Shown here one piece after another: positions 1 to 64,000 of a stretch of 64,000 nucleotides of DNA; the stretch's first letter is position 1; each line of letters begins with the position of its first letter. Source of the stretch: Paraspadella gotoi (Eukaryota; Animalia; Chaetognatha); the NCBI GenBank assembly GCA_051294375.1, contig CM119270.1:4658152-4722151 (forward strand), read 5' to 3'. A program made the translations under genes and the position numbers. The notes beneath the pieces are model-generated. The model saw nothing but the letters and a program-made list of their open reading frames with translations, made no database searches and was not told the DNA's origin.

Positions 1-31
<31 letters not shown>

Positions 32-560
32 TTATTGAACTTTGACTATTACTGAATTGCAGACTAATAAATCGAATAGCCGTAAATAATTCATTTTTTT
101 TCTTTTCCTTTATTCCTTTTTCTTTAGTTATTTTAGTGAGCTATATTTTTAATTCATGTCTCCACTTGGGTCAATAAAATCTTGACAAGCGAATTTCTTT
201 CGCTTTTAAGTCGTCAATGAGAAAGATAAAAAATAAAATGATTGATCACCGTGATCAATTTCGATCACCGTTCACAACGGCGTAAAAGATTTCCTCATTT
301 TTCGAAGTAAAATCTCTTTTAACATTTCAATATATAATATTCAATATTCAATATTCAATATATAATTTTTATTTTATATTAATTCTATCTTACTCCGGTT
401 TTTTCCTCTTTTCATCTTTACTTTTGCCACTCTGTGACTGCCCACTCTCTCTAACCTCACAAACACTTCCCCCCTCCCCCCTTAAACCCCCTAAACCCCC
501 ATTCACCGCCCCATAGCCCCCCACTCCCGCGTCCCCAACTCTCCACTTCAACCATCTCAC

Positions 561-58045
<57,485 letters not shown>

Positions 58046-59198
58046 GGTTACCGACGGGACGGAGACGGAGTGCGGAGAGAAGGGAGGGTCATGACCGGGA
58101 GGTCCGGTGTGGATGCGATGTGTGGATATAATCTATCTCTTACGGATATCGGTAACCGTGTATGGATTCAATCGGGATATACTAAAGGAGGCGGAGAGAA
58201 CCGGTCCGTTTATAAATATATTATTCCTGGGATACGTCGTCGTGTGGGCGATTTTTTACAACAATGGGAAGGATTTAAAAATTTGAATAAATCGTAGCCT
58301 TTTTTTTTTTTAGTTTGTTCGCGTCATTTTTCAAAGGAACGGTTTGCAATTGAGTTATTTGCAAAGGAGCGGCGGTTTTCCGTACGACTGGTTGACGAGG
58401 GATTGGCCTTCGGTCGCCGGATGAAAACTTTTCGACTCTGATTTCAAATATTTTTTTTTTTCTGTTGAAATCGAATCAGGTTTGTCAAGTTTTTTTTTTT
58501 TTTCTGTTGAAATCGAATCAGGTTTGTCAAGTTTTTTTTTTTTAGTTTTTTTTAGTTTTAAGTATTCGTTCGTCTATTCATTGTTAGGGCGATTTATTTT
58601 TTTTTCGTTTATTCGTTTTTGAAACTTTTTTTTATTTATTTTTAACTCGATTGTTTTAATTTTAGTTTTAAAACTTTTAGTTTTGTCTTCACATTCTTTT
58701 TTTTCGTTAGTCATTGGCTACTTCCCCCGCGATCCGACAGGGAGTCTCCGAAGCAGACAAAAGGTCATCGACCTGTTGATAGAAAATAAAAGGGTATTTA
58801 ATTAATCAGAAGGTGGCACGCAAGGAAAACAAAGGCGCAATTTAAGCTGAAACAACAACAGAGTCAGTGAGATGAAGAAGTAGACGACGACGACGACGAC
58901 GACGACGAGTGAAGACGACAGCTAAAAGGGTGGAATGACAAATATCGTGAAGAAGAAAGAGGAGGAGGAAGAGGAAGAAGAGAGAGAAAAAGTGAAGAAA
59001 CCAAGGAGGGGGGAATGGCTTGGAAAAAAAATTGAGGTGAAACAAAAATTCATCGGAAAAAAAGTGAATTCCTTCTGTGAAAGAAGGGTGAGTCAACAGA
59101 GTGGATAAAATTTGAGAGTGAATTTTTAAAAAAAAGTGAGACAAAAAGAAAAAGAAAAATAAAAGAAAGAAAGAAAGAAAGAAAGAAANNNNNNNNNN

Positions 59199-59230
<32 letters not shown>

Positions 59231-59362
59231 CATACCGACAGGACCGCAAGAAATATATTCATGAATTTCCCAAAGTATTTTTTTTCTCAGGTGGGGCAAC
59301 TTTTTTTTTCATTTCAAAGTCCAAAGAAGCCGAACTCTTAACCGAAATATTTCAAAGGAGAT

Positions 59363-59419
<57 letters not shown>

Positions 59420-60787
59420 AGAGAAAGAGAAAGAGAGAGAGAGAGAGAAAACTTAGTGACAAGGAAAGATTTATGACCAAAATTCCACTGCCAAAATTTT
59501 TCTTTCCACTTCAATCCATCCTCAGGGAATATTTTTACAACGGAGTGCATTTTTTTTTCACTTTGAAGCTTTTAGTTTCACTGTTTTGTTTTGTTTTTCA
59601 AATTTCACTTTACTTAGAAATGATAATGATTAAATTAAAATTCGTGAGAGTCTTAAAACGTAAATCCGATTTGAAGGATGAATGAGCCAGCCTGTAGACG
59701 AAGGGACCCTTGTCATTATATCAGTTAGTAATTTTAGGTGTGAAACCGCCCCCCCCCCAAAAAAAAAACATATAATACCCGGAAGTCTTTGAACCCGCGA
59801 AACGAAAACATTTATTAATTAAGATAACAATTTTCGGGGGTTTTCAATTAGCCTTCGTAAACATTGTTTCTTATCTCTTTGCGTTTCGTTAGGATAAGGG
59901 CGAATTAGTTTTAAATTCGCTTCAAAGATCTAAAGGCGCCGAAATTAATCGTTCGGAAGATTGAGATCGAGTTAACAAATTAACTGTTGACTCGATAGGC
60001 TAAGGGCAACTTAATTACTCGCTATAAGAAAAGTTAAAGAGGCGTAAAAACGTTCGGATTCCGGAATTAATTTAGTTTGATTTGTAATGTTTTTATTATT
60101 TAAATTTTGGGTTTGAATTTTGGTTTTGAATTTAAACAGGAAAAAATTTTTTACCATTTCGAAAAATTATCTATGCAATTCTTGTATAATTCATCGTTTT
60201 CTTCGGGGAAAAAGTTATTTTTCTCAAGGCGTCCGAAATTAAAAAAAGGAAACTCGACGTTTGCAGTTTTTAAAAATGAAGATTTTAACCTCAACAAGAA
60301 AAAATAAAGGTGGGAAATTCTCCGCGAAGATTTGAGAAAGAAAAGAAAATAGAATTGAAATGAGTAACTTAAAATTGTCTAAATAGAATTGAAATGAGTA
60401 AGGGCCGGATATATTTTATTAAACCGAGCAATTTCTTTTGTAACGAGAATTTTCTTGCTTACGACACAGTTAAGTTGAAAGACATATTTGAAATAATTTT
60501 ACAAAACAGAACGTGACTGGAATAAAAATAGTTTGAAATTGTATGTTTGTGGCTATTCGAAAAATATCGTATTTTACGATTTACAATTTTGACTTTATGG
60601 ACGAAATTCATTGGAACTTAGATATATTTTAAATCCAGATTAAAGTATTTAAAAGTAAATCGTTTTAAAAGGAAATTCATTTAATCAATCGAAATTTTAT
60701 TTTGAATCAAAGTCTTTTAAAATCAGGAATCGTGAGGTTCGGCTATCGTGAATCCTTCGCCGAACAATCGGGTCAAAATCACTCACT

Positions 60788-60923
<136 letters not shown>

Positions 60924-62217
60924 TCTCCTTTCAATAATATTTTTCAACATTTCAAAAAAAAAAGGGATTTCCCTGCGCTAATTTATTTGCCCTATTTCCC
61001 TCGGAATTACGAAAATAATTCGAAGCCAAAATCGTTAAATTTTCTTTTATAAAATTAGTACAAATAAAGTTTGTGTTTCCCTTCGAGTATGAAAAGAAGA
61101 AAACGTTGGAGAGAAAAACTCGGGAGAGAAAGTAATTGGATGATTTATTGGATTGATTGATTTTATTAAACTAAATAACAATTACAGTTCTAAACAGAAA
61201 ACAACTTGTTTTTTTATTCATCTCGCAGTGCAACAAAATAAGAATAGATTTGAAAAAAAACAAAAAAAAAAAAAAAAGAATGAGCAAGTTTTAAATTTAA
61301 TTATTGGACATTAAAAAACTAGAATCGGAACAATTTGAAGTCACGGGGTTTGTGAGTTGTTGTTGTTGTCACTATTGTTGTCATCAATCTGAGTCGATTT
61401 TCAATTTCCCCGCCATTTCGTCCTTGTCGTCGTTGACAAAGGACCAACGCAAATCGGACGAAACGAAGGACAAAAACTGTTTCCCTTGTTTTTTTTGGGT
61501 CGTTTAACGCCGAGTGTTTTGGATCGCGTGCTCCTTTCACCCCGAAAAAAAAAGATGGGGGGAAAAAACAACCCTTTTAAAAAAATAATCCCAAAAATAG
61601 ATTAGAACCCCGAAAAAAAATCTTAGAACGGCACGAAATGGGTTCGAATTACCACCCCTCCACTGGCCCTCCCCCCTCTTCTACCATAAAATAAAATTAT
61701 AGGGATATAAATATCAATCAATTCAAACCGGAGTGATATGGAATTATACATAATGTTCAAAACCGGCGTGTTATATAAATTGAAAACGATGCGCCGTTCA
61801 ATAGATGCCGTGCGGCTAATTACTACGCATAATTTTTTTTTTCTTTTAATCAGTGCGTAAAGGTTAGAAGTCGTGGTCAAAGATCAACTACGTCAGATTT
61901 TGACTTCTTTGTTTAAATTTTTAAGGGCAAATTTTCGGTTGAGTTGATTTTAAAAATAATCTGTCATTTTTTTTTCTTTTGAAACTTATGTAGATAATTA
62001 GTCGTTAAGCAATACATTTTAATATTTGAGTAAATTGGTAGCTGGCGGTTTACAATCGACAGAAGGTCAAAACAGTTTGTGCTCGACTGGCGTCAGCATT
62101 GTATTCAACAGGCGCCTGATGGGAAATGTCGCCAGGCAGATGTCAAAGAGGGAATCGCCTGCGTTTGAAGGTCGTTGTGATGTGAAATATTTTAGTTATT
62201 GACTCGTTAATGGCTTT

Positions 62218-62313
<96 letters not shown>

Positions 62314-64000
62314 TGGCCCTTCGGTCGAGGTCATTCCCTCTTTAAGCTTTATGCCCCCTTTTTTCACTTTGGCTCTTTTCGTGAATTTTCCGGTGATGTG
62401 AGTAGATAGCGGCGAAGGGAAAACATTCGTTGGTTCAGAAGTGAGAGTCGGAGACGGGCTTCAGTAAATAAATTAGGAATTTTAGTAGCCAATTTTTAAT
62501 GTAAAAAAGTTAGTAGCAATTTTTTTAAAATTAGTTAGCTAATCAATTGTACTTATTTCTAAAATGGTTTTTAAAGATATTTTCTTTGAAAAATAAAATT
62601 TTCCTTAATAAATATAAAAATAGAACTAAAATAGTCTCATGAAAATTACAGATAAAGAATGATTCTTAATTTATGTCAAATTTTTTTGGAAAAATTCTCG
62701 ACGCGAAAAATGTTTTTAGAAAGAGCTAAATCGATTTTGCTCTTTTGTTTCGGCGACAGACCTCACGTGGCGACATCAAACGTCCATTAGGAATCCGATC
62801 TCTCCAGGCGATACTAAAGCCTGATTCGGTTGACAGGCCTTTTTTTGGTCGATTATCAGGCTACGGGGAAGACGAGGAAGCAAAAAGGTGAATTCACCAA
62901 TACGGGACTGAAATATCTGTGAATTGTAGTGAAAGATGATTTAGTTCATCTGTGACAGGGTTAAAACTAAAACAGTTCACACGAAATAACAAAATAATTG
63001 TCAAACGCAAAGTCATTGCGATTTACTGTTCATTTTACTGTTAACGTTATTCTTTAATTTTTCCCACTTGGGAAAGAGGCTAAAAATATTTAAAATTCCA
63101 GAACGACGAAAAAAAAATGTTCACGGTGTTTTTTTTGGAAAACCGTAAAGTGGCGAGAGAGGGTGAAAAAAAAATACACTAAAAATAATCTGTGTTAAAC
63201 TCCGTTTGAGAATTTGTGAAAAAATAACCTTAAATCACAGAAGAGAAAAAAAAACTGTCGTCAATTTTGAATTTTTTTTTTAAATTCGGCGAAGGAATGT
63301 GAATGTGAAACATCGGTGGTGAAAATGTGTGAAAAGGCTTGGTAATGGGTGGTGGGTGGGGAAAGCTGAGGGTGGTTAAATTGTCATAGTAATTATTAAA
63401 TAGTAATAAGTAATTTCCGAGATGGAAGTGCAACTTACTGCAACTATGATAAATAATGGAGTGATGAAGACGTCATTAGTAATGATAGGCGTCGTAACGT
63501 AACGTAACTTTTTAACGTTAGGGTGTTAAGAAAAGCAGTTTTACAACAAAAAAAAAGAGGGAAATGAGAGAATGTTTTTTTTTTTTTCGTTCAAATTCCT
63601 AGAATCGTGATTCAATTACGAATTCGAATCTTGGAGAATGTGGGCAGCACCTGACAAAGAGGAAGTTTGAAAAAGCTGCACCCGAAAAATCCCGTACAAT
63701 CAGCACAGCTGTAAAAGCCGTTTATAATGACCACTGACCACCATAATATACCAGTGAGACTTGTTAAGAAAATTGTGGTATATAACTATCAAAATTTGTG
63801 CGATTTAGCGAATAAATGCAAAAGCATAGTAACTTTTGGGAATTTCGTGCCGTAAAACTTTGAATGAAATACATACTATTTTTTTTAAAACATTTTCCGC
63901 CATTATTTTCAGGCCTTTTCCCATTCGAGGGTCAAAAACGGTTGTGATCCGTTCACTCCCGAGTCGTGACGAAAATAACCGTGAATGTGGCAACGACGAA

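Noticed and set aside
470-502. TTTAGGG-like telomeric repeat
   Set aside because: Only two irregular units within the G-rich start of intron 9.

Overview
Eukaryotic, probably arthropod, genomic DNA: AT-rich, dense in (GA)n microsatellites, with spliceosomal introns. One protein-coding gene is supported: a minus-strand Ack-family non-receptor tyrosine kinase of the Drosophila PR2/Ack-like type (SAM - Pro/Ser linker - tyrosine kinase - start of SH3). Nine coding exons run from an ATG at 58045 down to 561, and the gene continues beyond the left edge. Over half of the window looks like long-read gap-filling artefact. 23413-38522 is repeated, apparently identically, at 38986-54095. About 9.7 kb of each copy is an indel-ridden reverse complement of 54105-64000, giving two plus-strand copies of exons 1-4. 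A 4.7 kb block (8685-13370) is duplicated across another 25-N gap. Smaller candidate elements are an intronic tRNA-Gln-like cloverleaf with an abnormal anticodon loop, a structured ~200 nt element filling intron 2, a Helentron/HINE-like terminus, and several mini- and compound satellites. I found no well-supported new biological system; the best leads are the intron-2 element and the atypical tRNA. All alignments were done by eye, and family assignments come from recalled motifs, not database searches.
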